Shown piece after piece: positions 61,501-64,000 of a stretch of DNA of 64,000 nt. The stretch's first letter is position 1, and each line of letters begins with the position of its first letter. A program made the position numbers and the translations under genes. The notes under the pieces are model-generated. The model was given only the letters and a program-made list of their open reading frames with translations. It made no database searches and was not told the DNA's origin. Origin of the DNA: Octopus bimaculoides (Eukaryota); contig NC_069002.1 of NCBI RefSeq assembly GCF_001194135.2, positions 15,300,978 to 15,364,977 on the forward strand, read 5' to 3'.

Positions 61501-64000
61501 ATCTTCCTGCACACACACACACCAAATGCAAGACATGCTTCATAAAGGACACCTCTAAATGATCGGCTGATCTGCTAGAAATAGTAGCCTCTAAATTTCT
61601 TAAAAACTGCACCTTATATTCTTGAGATATGAAAGCACCCACTGAACAAAGTAATCCAAGATAGCACTTAAAATGTGGGATAGATATGGCTAGAATTTGT
61701 TCTATCATTGAGTTGCTTAATCAAGGTGGAGGTGCAATGGCCCAGTGGTTAGGGCAGCGGACTCGTGGTCATAGGATCGCGGTTTCGATTCCCAGACTGG
61801 GCGTTGTGAGTGTTTATTGAGCGAAAACACCTAGAGCTCCACGAGGCTCTGTCAGGGGATGGTGGCGAACCCTGCTGTACTCTTTCACCACAACTTTCTC
61901 TCACTCTTTCTTCCTTTTTCTGTTGTGCCTGTAATTCAAAGGGTCAGCCTTGTCACATTGTGTCATGCTGAATATCTCCGAGAACTACGTTAAGGCTACA
62001 CGTGTCTGTGGAGTGCTCAGCCACTTGCACGTTAACTTCACAAGCAGGCTGTTCCATTGATCAGATCAACTGGAACCCTCGATGTCGTAAGCGACGGAGT
62101 GCCAACAACAAGGCTTAATCAAGGTCAGTGTGGAACAAAATAACAGTTACAACATTATACATAGTTGAGGTTGTTTAACACATTTTTCTCAACAGGAACT
62201 GTATGTCCCCACACCTCACACCTACACAGGGCCCTTCTCATATCTGAAGGGAGCTTGTTTGTATTGTATTGGAGAGATAAATGAAAGACATTTACAACTG
62301 TTTTATATGGTTTTCCTGAGACGCTGAGAGAAGTTTTTAAAGAAGCCATGACCAAAAATGGTTGAAAAGCGTTGGTTTATATCTTCACACTCAAAGAATT
62401 TGTTTTCTTTGTGTAAAAAGATTTCGATTGTCTTCGATTTCCATAGTTATGGCTGTTTAAAGCGGAACACATGAACACAGGAATGTCATGTTAGGCAGAA
62501 CAATACGCTCTTTTTACTCTCTTTTACTTGTTTCAGTCATTTGACTGTGGCCATGCTGGAGCACCGCCTTTAGTCGAGCAAATCAACCCCAGAACCTATT
62601 CTTTGTAAGCCTAGTACTTATTCTATCAGTCTCTTTTGCCGAACCGCTAAGTTACGGGGACGTAAACACATCAGCATCGGTTGTCAAGCGAAGTTGGGGG
62701 GAGAAACACAGACACACAAACACACACATACATATATATACATATACATATATACAACAGGCTTCTTTCATTTTCCGTCTACCAAATCCACTCACAAGGC
62801 TTTGGTCGGCCCGAGACTATAGTAGAAGACACTTGCCCAAGGTGCCACGCAGTGGGACTGAACCCGGAACCATGTGGTTCGTAAGCAAGCTACTTACCAC
62901 ACAGCCATTCCTATGCCTATTTTGTAATTTATTTTTATTCTTTTACTCTTTTACTTGTTTCAGACACCTGACTAAGGCCATGCTGGAGCACCACCTTAAA
63001 GGGTTTTAGTGAAAGAAATCAACCCAGGACTTATTCATTGTAAGCTTAGTACTTATTCTGTTAGTCTCTTTTGCCGAACAGCTAAGTTACAGGAAAGTAA
63101 TGACACCTACATTCATTATCAACCGAAGGTGGGTGGGCAAAAACAGGCACAAAGACACACACACACATGTATGTATACACACACACACATATATATATAT
63201 ATATATCATCATCATCATCATTGTTTAACGTCCACTTTCCATGCTAGCATGGGTTGGATGATTTGACTGAGGACTGGTAAAACCAGATGGCTACACCAGG
63301 CTCCAATCTGATTTGGCAGAGTTTCTACAGCTGGATGCCCTTCCTAATGCCAACCACTCCGAGAGCGTAGTGGGTGCTTTCACGTGCCACCAGCACGTGA
63401 AGCAAAGTCAACCTCAATGGAATTTGAACTCAGAAAGTGAAGATGGAAAAAATGCTGCTAAGCATTTTTCCCTGTGTGCTAATGATTCTGCCAGTCTGCC
63501 ACCTTAATAATAATAATGATGATGATGATGATGATGATGATTTTATGCATGTGTGTGTCTGTTTGTGCATCGTTGTCTGTATGCTTCCACTTGCTTGAAG
63601 CTGGTTTCATTTCAAGTATGCTCCATTATGTTCGTTATCATTGTGGAGTGGTTCGACAATAGATTTTTATAAAACACAAGCAAGACAACAATAAGTCCTT
63701 GAAGCCAGTGGTCTTCGAGGACTTTGATCTATCATGATTATAACCCAGTGATTAAAATCAAGAAAGAAAAAAATGAATAAATAAAATACATTTTTCTAAA
63801 TTTGCAGCTCCAACAAATCCCCTAAAATTTTATTTTAAAAATAAAATAAAAGGAAACAATCAAAAATTTTCTTAATAAGAAGAGGAGAATGTGGAGTAAA
63901 CTGAAACTTACTGTGTCTTTCCATTTTCGGAACTGTCCTGGTTTTGAATCTGCTGTTTCAACTTCAACCATAAACTGCTTTGCATAACTCTGTCCTTGGT
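353..64000 (-). CDS. Multi-exon gene, partial at both ends: VWD/EGF-domain (VWDE-like) mosaic protein with F5/8C, two VWD modules and two PAN/Apple domains; 27 exons in window
   Basis: All 27 exons have AG/GT boundaries and join in one open frame (2+4395+2 nt). Recognisable motifs: CxSxxDPHxxTFDG, GLCGxxD, CPNDCSxNGNC, two PAN Cys patterns, discoidin ARRIRI. Confidence 0.88.
928..1112 (-). mobile_element. Family C repeat (RTE-type 3' end or SINE with (GAT)n tail), diverged
   Basis: (CAT)n followed by the ttccatgctgg...cttcctaa.gccaaccactcc core. Confidence 0.7.
1131..1496 (-). mobile_element. Tandem decayed copies of an RTE LINE 3' segment
   Basis: gtcttctcaagc...ggcccaa.att..aagatcat occurs twice and is the reverse complement of 16380-16490. 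Confidence 0.55.
1819..2045 (-). mobile_element. Family C repeat
   Basis: (CAT)n plus gatgcccttcctaacaccaaccact core. Confidence 0.75.
2305..2416 (-). CDS. Exon 26: VWD2, [37 protein letters not shown](G)
   Basis: gttgcag/gtaagt, 112 nt, phase 0->1. Confidence 0.9.
2727..2939 (-). CDS. Exon 25: VWD2, [32 protein letters not shown]...DEGRKFV
   Basis: cttacag/gtaagt, 213 nt, phase 0->0. Confidence 0.92.
3665..3728 (-). CDS. Exon 24: VWD2, [21 protein letters not shown]
   Basis: cttcag/gtaagt, 64 nt, phase 2->0. Confidence 0.9.
4255..4331 (-). CDS. Exon 23: start of VWD2, [25 protein letters not shown](R)
   Basis: ttttaag/gtaagg, 77 nt, phase 0->2; DPHxxTFDG. Confidence 0.92.
4562..5712 (-). 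mobile_element. Head-to-tail array of family D tRNA-derived SINEs (4 near-full copies, 1 partial) linked by (AAT)n
   Basis: Repeated ctggtacttaatttatcgacccc.aaaggatgaaaggcaaagt.gacctc.gc.gaatttgaactcagaac at about 250-bp period. Confidence 0.85.
4654..4762. repeat. (AAT)n directly followed by (ATT)n, a self-complementary microsatellite
   Basis: Read directly. Confidence 0.95.
5765..5990 (+). mobile_element. R4/Dong-like non-LTR retrotransposon fragment (restriction-like endonuclease region), decayed
   Basis: Translates with stops and frameshifts to [21 protein letters not shown]...[13 protein letters not shown], matching the ILWDF..RPD..EKYQDL consensus. Confidence 0.7.
6360..6595 (-). mobile_element. 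Family D SINE, variant tail (ttattgcccacaaggggctaaacata)
   Basis: Full family D core and tRNA-like head. Confidence 0.85.
6812..7228 (-). CDS. Exon 22: module 2 pre-VWD region ([13 protein letters not shown]...[21 protein letters not shown]...EVTKQ)
   Basis: ttttaag/gtaggc, 417 nt, phase 0->0; lies in ORF 6797-7261. Confidence 0.88.
7456..7590 (+). mobile_element. Partial mariner-type MITE (left TIR only)
   Basis: TA-caaggaggtgctaaaaagttcctggcttt matches the TIR of 37350-37566. Confidence 0.6.
7705..7797 (-). CDS. Exon 21: [31 protein letters not shown]
   Basis: tttaatag/gtaaat, 93 nt, phase 0->0. Confidence 0.85.
8241..8511. other. Assembly gap (N run)
   Basis: Run of N. Confidence 1.
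8512..8858 (+). mobile_element. Family A tRNA-derived SINE with (CAA)n tail; head lies in the gap
   Basis: Near-identical to the other family A copies. Confidence 0.9.
10290..10510 (-). mobile_element. Diverged partial family B SINE with internal microsatellites
   Basis: ctaccgaattccattc.taag...gaagacactttgccaa resembles the family B 5' half. Confidence 0.55.
10800..10970 (-). mobile_element. Family D SINE
   Basis: Family D core and head. Confidence 0.8.
11310..11551 (-). CDS. Exon 20: module 2 lead region ([32 protein letters not shown]...LKYGSK)
   Basis: catcttag/gtaagt, 242 nt, phase 1->0. Confidence 0.85.
12230..12302 (+). mobile_element. Family A SINE 3' fragment
   Basis: gcaggctgttccgttgat.ggatcaactggaaccctc...gccaacaacaac. 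Confidence 0.75.
12635..12874 (-). CDS. Exon 19: PAN/Apple domain 2 ([13 protein letters not shown]...[26 protein letters not shown]...[10 protein letters not shown])
   Basis: tattttacag/gtaagt, 240 nt, phase 1->1; PAN Cys pattern. Confidence 0.87.
13522..13924 (-). mobile_element. Family B tRNA-derived SINE with internal (TA/TG)n and (AAAAGAGT)-type tail
   Basis: Reverse complement of 14702-15120. Confidence 0.9.
14702..15120 (+). mobile_element. Family B SINE
   Basis: aggcgtaggagtggctgtgtggtaag...gggttcagtccc A/B-box-like head; full body. Confidence 0.9.
15187..15438 (-). CDS. Exon 18: PAN/Apple domain 1 ([60 protein letters not shown]...LYCRE)
   Basis: tttctttcag/gtaatt, 252 nt, phase 1->1; PAN Cys pattern C..C-x3-C-x7-C.S.EY..C.L..C. 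Absent from the ORF track because no start codon opens it in frame. Confidence 0.87.
15547..15878 (-). mobile_element. Family A SINE, head truncated
   Basis: Reverse complement of the family A consensus. Confidence 0.9.
15880..16730 (+). mobile_element. Decayed RTE-clade LINE 3' portion running into the family C sequence and a (GAT)n tail
   Basis: Remnant peptides PSGRWPC...[37 protein letters not shown]; then taggaagggcatccagctgtag core and gatgatgat. Confidence 0.72.
16757..16900 (-). mobile_element. Family C repeat, young copy
   Basis: catcatcgtttaacgtccgctttccatgctagcatgggttggacg. Confidence 0.85.
16882..17114. repeat. Minisatellite: 12 copies of GATGCCCTTCCTAAYGCCA(A), 19-20 bp
   Basis: Twelve gcccttccta units counted. 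Confidence 0.95.
17641..17967 (-). mobile_element. Family A SINE, 3' end missing
   Basis: Reverse complement of family A head and body. Confidence 0.88.
18335..18510 (+). mobile_element. Family D SINE with internal deletions
   Basis: aaagtggcgagctggcagaa head; agtagaaaagatt tail. Confidence 0.75.
19047..19383 (+). mobile_element. Family E tRNA-derived SINE
   Basis: catggttcagtggttagagtgttggactcacaat head; ctggtcttccataaacaacctt body. Confidence 0.85.
19614..19728 (-). CDS. Exon 17: small Cys module [38 protein letters not shown]
   Basis: tttgcag/gtatat, 115 nt, phase 0->1; C.I.G.CY...CNP....W pattern. Confidence 0.85.
20100..20240 (+). mobile_element. Family B SINE fragment ending in (TG)n at a gap
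   Basis: gaccaaagccttgtgagtggatttg.tagac...ctgaaagaa. Confidence 0.7.
20241..20553. other. Assembly gap (N run)
   Basis: Run of N. Confidence 1.
20946..21158 (-). CDS. Exon 16: LKPGG...[26 protein letters not shown]...[21 protein letters not shown]
   Basis: attacag/gtaatt, 213 nt, phase 0->0; lies in ORF 20835-21158. Confidence 0.87.
21375..21835 (-). mobile_element. Penelope-like element reverse transcriptase fragment (Naiad/Chlamys-like), decayed
   Basis: [37 protein letters not shown] and [35 protein letters not shown] match the QWxNTxxVIxWF / FDIxxFYPSI / FDVxMGSxDGAEICELVG pattern. Confidence 0.78.
22700..22990 (+). mobile_element. CR1/Jockey-group LINE ORF2 C-terminal fragment, decayed
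   Basis: [11 protein letters not shown]...[17 protein letters not shown]...FFLTRIST resembles LxHRRxVASLSLFYRYYxGxCSxEL...FFPRTxxLWN. Confidence 0.55.
23215..23345 (-). mobile_element. Partial family D SINE
   Basis: Variant tail and core; no head. Confidence 0.7.
23836..24026 (-). CDS. Exon 15: (G)[33 protein letters not shown]...VSVYGGPFL...ECHISQLQ (EGF end, TIG-like start)
   Basis: caacag/gtgagc, 191 nt, phase 1->0; CxC..Y.G.DCS completes the EGF. Confidence 0.88.
24872..25040 (-). CDS. Exon 14: [19 protein letters not shown]...[15 protein letters not shown](G), start of EGF-like domain
   Basis: tttttcag/gtttgt, 169 nt, phase 0->1; CPNDCSxNGxC. Confidence 0.87.
25156..25593 (+). mobile_element. 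Family B SINE
   Basis: Full-length match to 14702-15120. Confidence 0.9.
25690..26095 (+). mobile_element. Decayed RTE LINE 3' fragment
   Basis: Remnants resembling LERxEASML.W and [17 protein letters not shown]. Confidence 0.55.
26220..26450. mobile_element. Diverged copy of a TTAA-flanked piggyBac-type non-autonomous element
   Basis: TTAA at both ends; shares ttcaaactggccagatctgg and aagcatta with 44530-44757. Confidence 0.55.
27184..27525 (+). mobile_element. Family E SINE
   Basis: Full-length match to the other family E copies. Confidence 0.85.
27630..27785 (-). CDS. Exon 13: C8-like region, [24 protein letters not shown]...PC...IESCITNIQ
   Basis: attttag/gtatac, 156 nt, phase 0->0; W..S..A..FC pattern typical after VWD in VWDE-like proteins. 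Confidence 0.83.
28060..28726. repeat. (CATA/CATG)n compound microsatellite, present twice around a 44-N gap (28379-28422)
   Basis: 28075-28378 is repeated at 28423-28726. Confidence 0.9.
28755..28985 (-). mobile_element. Family D SINE, variant tail
   Basis: Full core and head. Confidence 0.85.
29634..29743 (-). CDS. Exon 12: (G)[36 protein letters not shown]
   Basis: cattacag/gtaagt, 110 nt, phase 1->0; supplies the phase bridge between exons 11 and 13. Confidence 0.8.
29900..31330 (-). pseudogene. 5'-truncated RTE-clade LINE; reverse transcriptase pseudogene
   Basis: [36 protein letters not shown]; HQGSVL..F; [12 protein letters not shown]; [14 protein letters not shown]; [18 protein letters not shown]. 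Broken across several frames. Confidence 0.92.
31423..31706. other. Assembly gap (N run)
   Basis: Run of N. Confidence 1.
31707..31920 (-). mobile_element. Family C 5' portion with ~60-bp internal subrepeats
   Basis: tttt(a)cgtgccacc.gcac...gg.actggcaac..c..gctc.aatg unit repeated about 3 times. Confidence 0.65.
32430..32572 (-). CDS. Exon 11: (R)[47 protein letters not shown]
   Basis: ttttcag/gtaatg, 143 nt, phase 2->1, Cys-rich. Confidence 0.83.
32671..33115 (-). mobile_element. Family B SINE with long (CA)n
   Basis: Reverse complement of the family B consensus. Confidence 0.85.
33485..33668 (-). mobile_element. Family C repeat
   Basis: (CAT)n plus the conserved body. Confidence 0.85.
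34154..34262 (-). CDS. Exon 10: VWD1 end, (G)[35 protein letters not shown](R)
   Basis: tacag/gtaaga, 109 nt, phase 1->2; GLCG..D..ND..F..SW is the VWD C-terminal signature. Confidence 0.9.
34385..34555 (-). mobile_element. Family C repeat, diverged
   Basis: (CAT)n plus a degenerate body. Confidence 0.6.
34579..34848 (+). mobile_element. Possible hAT-type non-autonomous element; only the left end is seen
   Basis: Starts CAGGGGTTTTCAAACTTTTT after tcctagat; aataaagtacttgttctgggaatgattcctctc recurs inverted near 51925-51965. No right TIR found. Confidence 0.4.
34849..35025. repeat. (CT)n microsatellite with TAGC interruptions
   Basis: Read directly. Confidence 0.95.
35547..35933 (+). mobile_element. 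Family A SINE with 10-bp TSD (ggtgttgtta)
   Basis: TSD at 35537-35546 and 35934-35943. Confidence 0.92.
36225..36540 (-). mobile_element. Family C-related repeat with duplicated core, diverged
   Basis: cagctggatg..cttcc.aa..ccaacca occurs twice. Confidence 0.6.
36707..36809 (-). CDS. Exon 9: VWD1, [34 protein letters not shown](G)
   Basis: ccttcag acceptor, gtcaga donor, 103 nt, phase 0->1; paralogous to 2305-2416. Confidence 0.85.
36896..37290 (+). mobile_element. Family A SINE
   Basis: ggaggcgcaatggccc...gtttcgattccc head; (CAA)n tail. Confidence 0.92.
37350..37566. mobile_element. Mariner-type MITE with ~30-bp TIRs and TA ends
   Basis: tacaaggggtgctgaaaagttcctggcttt ... aaagccaggaacttttcagcaccccctcata. 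Confidence 0.85.
37652..37879. repeat. Long imperfect palindrome (foldback or MITE-like)
   Basis: Arms are reverse-complementary over about 100 bp; left arm carries a short extra segment; TA at both ends. Confidence 0.88.
37930..38210 (+). mobile_element. tRNA-derived SINE related to family E, different 3' body
   Basis: catggctcagtggttaag...tttgattcccagacc head. Confidence 0.7.
38465..38800 (+). mobile_element. Family E SINE
   Basis: Full-length match. Confidence 0.85.
38870..39274 (+). mobile_element. Family B SINE
   Basis: Full-length match. Confidence 0.9.
39518..39772 (-). mobile_element. Family B SINE 3' half
   Basis: Reverse complement of about 39040-39274. Confidence 0.88.
39998..40201 (-). 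CDS. Exon 8: VWD1, [32 protein letters not shown]...NGQYK
   Basis: cctag/gtaatg, 204 nt, phase 0->0; CxC-xAI..DD motif shared with 2727-2939. Confidence 0.9.
40338..40526. other. Assembly gap within (TA)n/(TG)n
   Basis: Run of N. Confidence 1.
41150..41492 (-). mobile_element. Family E SINE
   Basis: Reverse complement of the family E consensus. Confidence 0.85.
42000..42530 (-). mobile_element. Penelope-like element RT thumb fragment (Naiad/Chlamys-like), decayed
   Basis: [77 protein letters not shown]. Confidence 0.8.
42784..42847 (-). CDS. Exon 7: VWD1, [21 protein letters not shown]
   Basis: ttctag/gtaagt, 64 nt, phase 2->0; paralogous to 3665-3728. Confidence 0.88.
42974..43549 (+). 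mobile_element. RTE (BovB-like) LINE 3' fragment with three C2H2 zinc fingers and a (TATG)n tail
   Basis: [36 protein letters not shown], then a frameshift to three CxxC-x12-HxxxH fingers; ends ggagtagacaaccacc(atgt)n. Confidence 0.85.
43783..43859 (-). CDS. Exon 6: start of VWD1, [25 protein letters not shown](R)
   Basis: ctttgcag/gtaaat, 77 nt, phase 0->2; TFDG motif. Confidence 0.88.
44125..44508 (-). CDS. Exon 5: module 1 pre-VWD region ([12 protein letters not shown]...[20 protein letters not shown]...SAFTN)
   Basis: ttgcag/gtaagt, 384 nt, phase 0->0; lies in ORF 44098-44514; paralogous to 6812-7228. Confidence 0.88.
44530..44757. mobile_element. piggyBac-type non-autonomous element, TTAA-CCC...GGG-TTAA
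   Basis: ttaacccatt at 44530 and aaagggttaa ending 44757; second copy at 26220-26450. Confidence 0.7.
45490..45795 (+). mobile_element. Family E SINE
   Basis: Body match with small deletions. Confidence 0.8.
45909..46001 (-). CDS. Exon 4: [31 protein letters not shown]
   Basis: cttccag/gtaatc, 93 nt, phase 0->0; same size and Cys spacing as 7705-7797. Confidence 0.85.
46473..46696 (-). CDS. Exon 3: module 1 lead region ([11 protein letters not shown]...LHCKPN...NIFSNY)
   Basis: tttttag acceptor, gtatga donor, 224 nt, phase 1->0; the other two frames are closed; paralogous to 11310-11551. Confidence 0.8.
46775..47100 (-). mobile_element. Family C repeat with ~60-bp subrepeats
   Basis: (CAT)n, core and repeated gtgctttttacatgccaccagc units. 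Confidence 0.8.
47281..47451 (+). mobile_element. Family C repeat, sense orientation
   Basis: ggttggcattaggaagggcatccagctgtagaaactctgcc...gatgatga. Confidence 0.85.
48600..49080 (-). mobile_element. Highly decayed R4/Dong-like retroelement fragment
   Basis: Fragments resembling LLYxDD and ENxVxxxWDFxIxTD..NxPDxVLID; many stops. Confidence 0.35.
49985..50312 (+). mobile_element. Family E SINE
   Basis: Full-length match. Confidence 0.83.
50563..50698 (-). CDS. Exon 2: discoidin C-terminus, [45 protein letters not shown]
   Basis: ttctag acceptor, gtaagg donor, 136 nt, phase 0->1; ARRIRI and CFRFNL match FA58C C-terminal strands. Confidence 0.82.
51571..51826 (+). mobile_element. Family C repeat, sense orientation, young
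   Basis: ggcacgtaaaagcacccactacactctcggagtggttggc...aaacgatgatgatgatg. Confidence 0.88.
52150..52370 (+). mobile_element. RTE LINE RT C-terminal fragment
   Basis: [39 protein letters not shown] (one frameshift). Confidence 0.7.
52913..53081. repeat. (TATG)n compound microsatellite
   Basis: Read directly. Confidence 0.95.
53084..54339 (+). mobile_element. Complete but inactive Tc1/mariner DD37D (maT-type) transposon, 1256 bp, TA TSD
   Basis: TIRs c.gg.tgca.a.ggtatttgaggaca at both ends; [14 protein letters not shown]-(37 aa)[13 protein letters not shown]; stops and frameshifts in the transposase. Confidence 0.92.
54340..54436. repeat. (TATG)n/(TG)n/(TA)n microsatellite
   Basis: Read directly. 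Confidence 0.95.
54465..54790 (+). mobile_element. Older SINE with an E-like head and an A-like 3' half
   Basis: gcatggcttagtg.ttaggg head; ctacgttaag...acgagcaggctgtt body. Confidence 0.65.
55207..55592 (+). mobile_element. Family A SINE with 10-bp TSD (ataccttact)
   Basis: TSD at 55197-55206 and 55593-55602. Confidence 0.92.
56040..56331 (+). mobile_element. Family C repeat, sense orientation
   Basis: Subrepeats, core and (GAT)n tail. Confidence 0.87.
57650..58029 (-). mobile_element. Family A SINE with 14-bp TSD (aaccactaagccat), nested in an older SINE head
   Basis: TSD at 57636-57649 and 58030-58043. Confidence 0.93.
58044..58802 (-). mobile_element. Second head-to-tail array of family D SINEs (3 copies) with (AAT)n linkers
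   Basis: Core repeated near 58130, 58345 and 58615. Confidence 0.85.
58861..59034. repeat. Inverted repeat: 61-bp arms with 2 differences, 52-nt spacer
   Basis: 58861-58921 is the reverse complement of 58974-59034; the right arm recurs at 28325-28378 and 28673-28748. Confidence 0.9.
59752..60625 (+). pseudogene. R4/Dong-like (RLE clade) non-LTR retrotransposon fragment: RT C-terminus to Zn knuckle
   Basis: [77 protein letters not shown]. Confidence 0.87.
61728..62112 (+). mobile_element. Family A SINE with 13-bp TSD (gcttaatcaaggt)
   Basis: TSD at 61715-61727 and 62113-62125. Confidence 0.93.
62507..62918 (-). mobile_element. Family B SINE
   Basis: Full-length reverse-complement match. 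Confidence 0.9.
62935..63204 (-). mobile_element. Family B SINE 3' half, older
   Basis: Body match up to the internal (CA/TA)n. Confidence 0.75.
63205..63395 (-). mobile_element. Family C repeat
   Basis: (CAT)n plus core. Confidence 0.85.
63400..63510 (-). mobile_element. Family D SINE head fragment
   Basis: aaagtcaacctc..tggaatttgaactcaga...gattctgccag. Confidence 0.7.
63912..64000 (-). CDS. Exon 1 in window (5' cut off): F5/8C discoidin-like, [29 protein letters not shown]
   Basis: GTAAGT donor at 63911, phase 0; resembles the TQG..yvksfkv..W..Y segment of FA58C; joins exon 2 in frame. Confidence 0.7.

Noticed and set aside
62170-62440. PHTSHL motif suggesting a pogo/Tigger DDE remnant
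   Set aside because: Only six residues match and there are no TIRs; too weak to call.

Overview
AT-rich, microsatellite- and SINE-dense eukaryotic genomic DNA with five N gaps. The repeat content looks like an octopus/coleoid cephalopod; that is an inference from the repeat families, not a database match. One large intron-rich gene runs on the minus strand across the whole window and is open at both ends. I traced 27 GT-AG exons by hand (64000->353, 4399 nt, about 1465 codons). They splice in one frame with every intron phase consistent. They encode a VWDE-like, probably extracellular mosaic protein: C-terminal half of an F5/8 type C (discoidin) domain, then module 1 (Cys-containing lead region, VWD, C8-like region, EGF-like, TIG/Ig-like, small Cys module), two PAN/Apple domains, then the start of module 2 (lead region, VWD). 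Modules 1 and 2 are an old internal duplication with matching exon sizes and phases. Introns hold at least five SINE-like families (my labels A-E), decayed RTE, R4/Dong-like, CR1-like and Penelope-like retroelements, a complete but dead DD37D mariner, MITEs, palindromic elements and many simple repeats. There are no bacterial features, CRISPR arrays, rRNA or true tRNA genes. Exon coordinates were counted at the splice sites; repeat boundaries are approximate.
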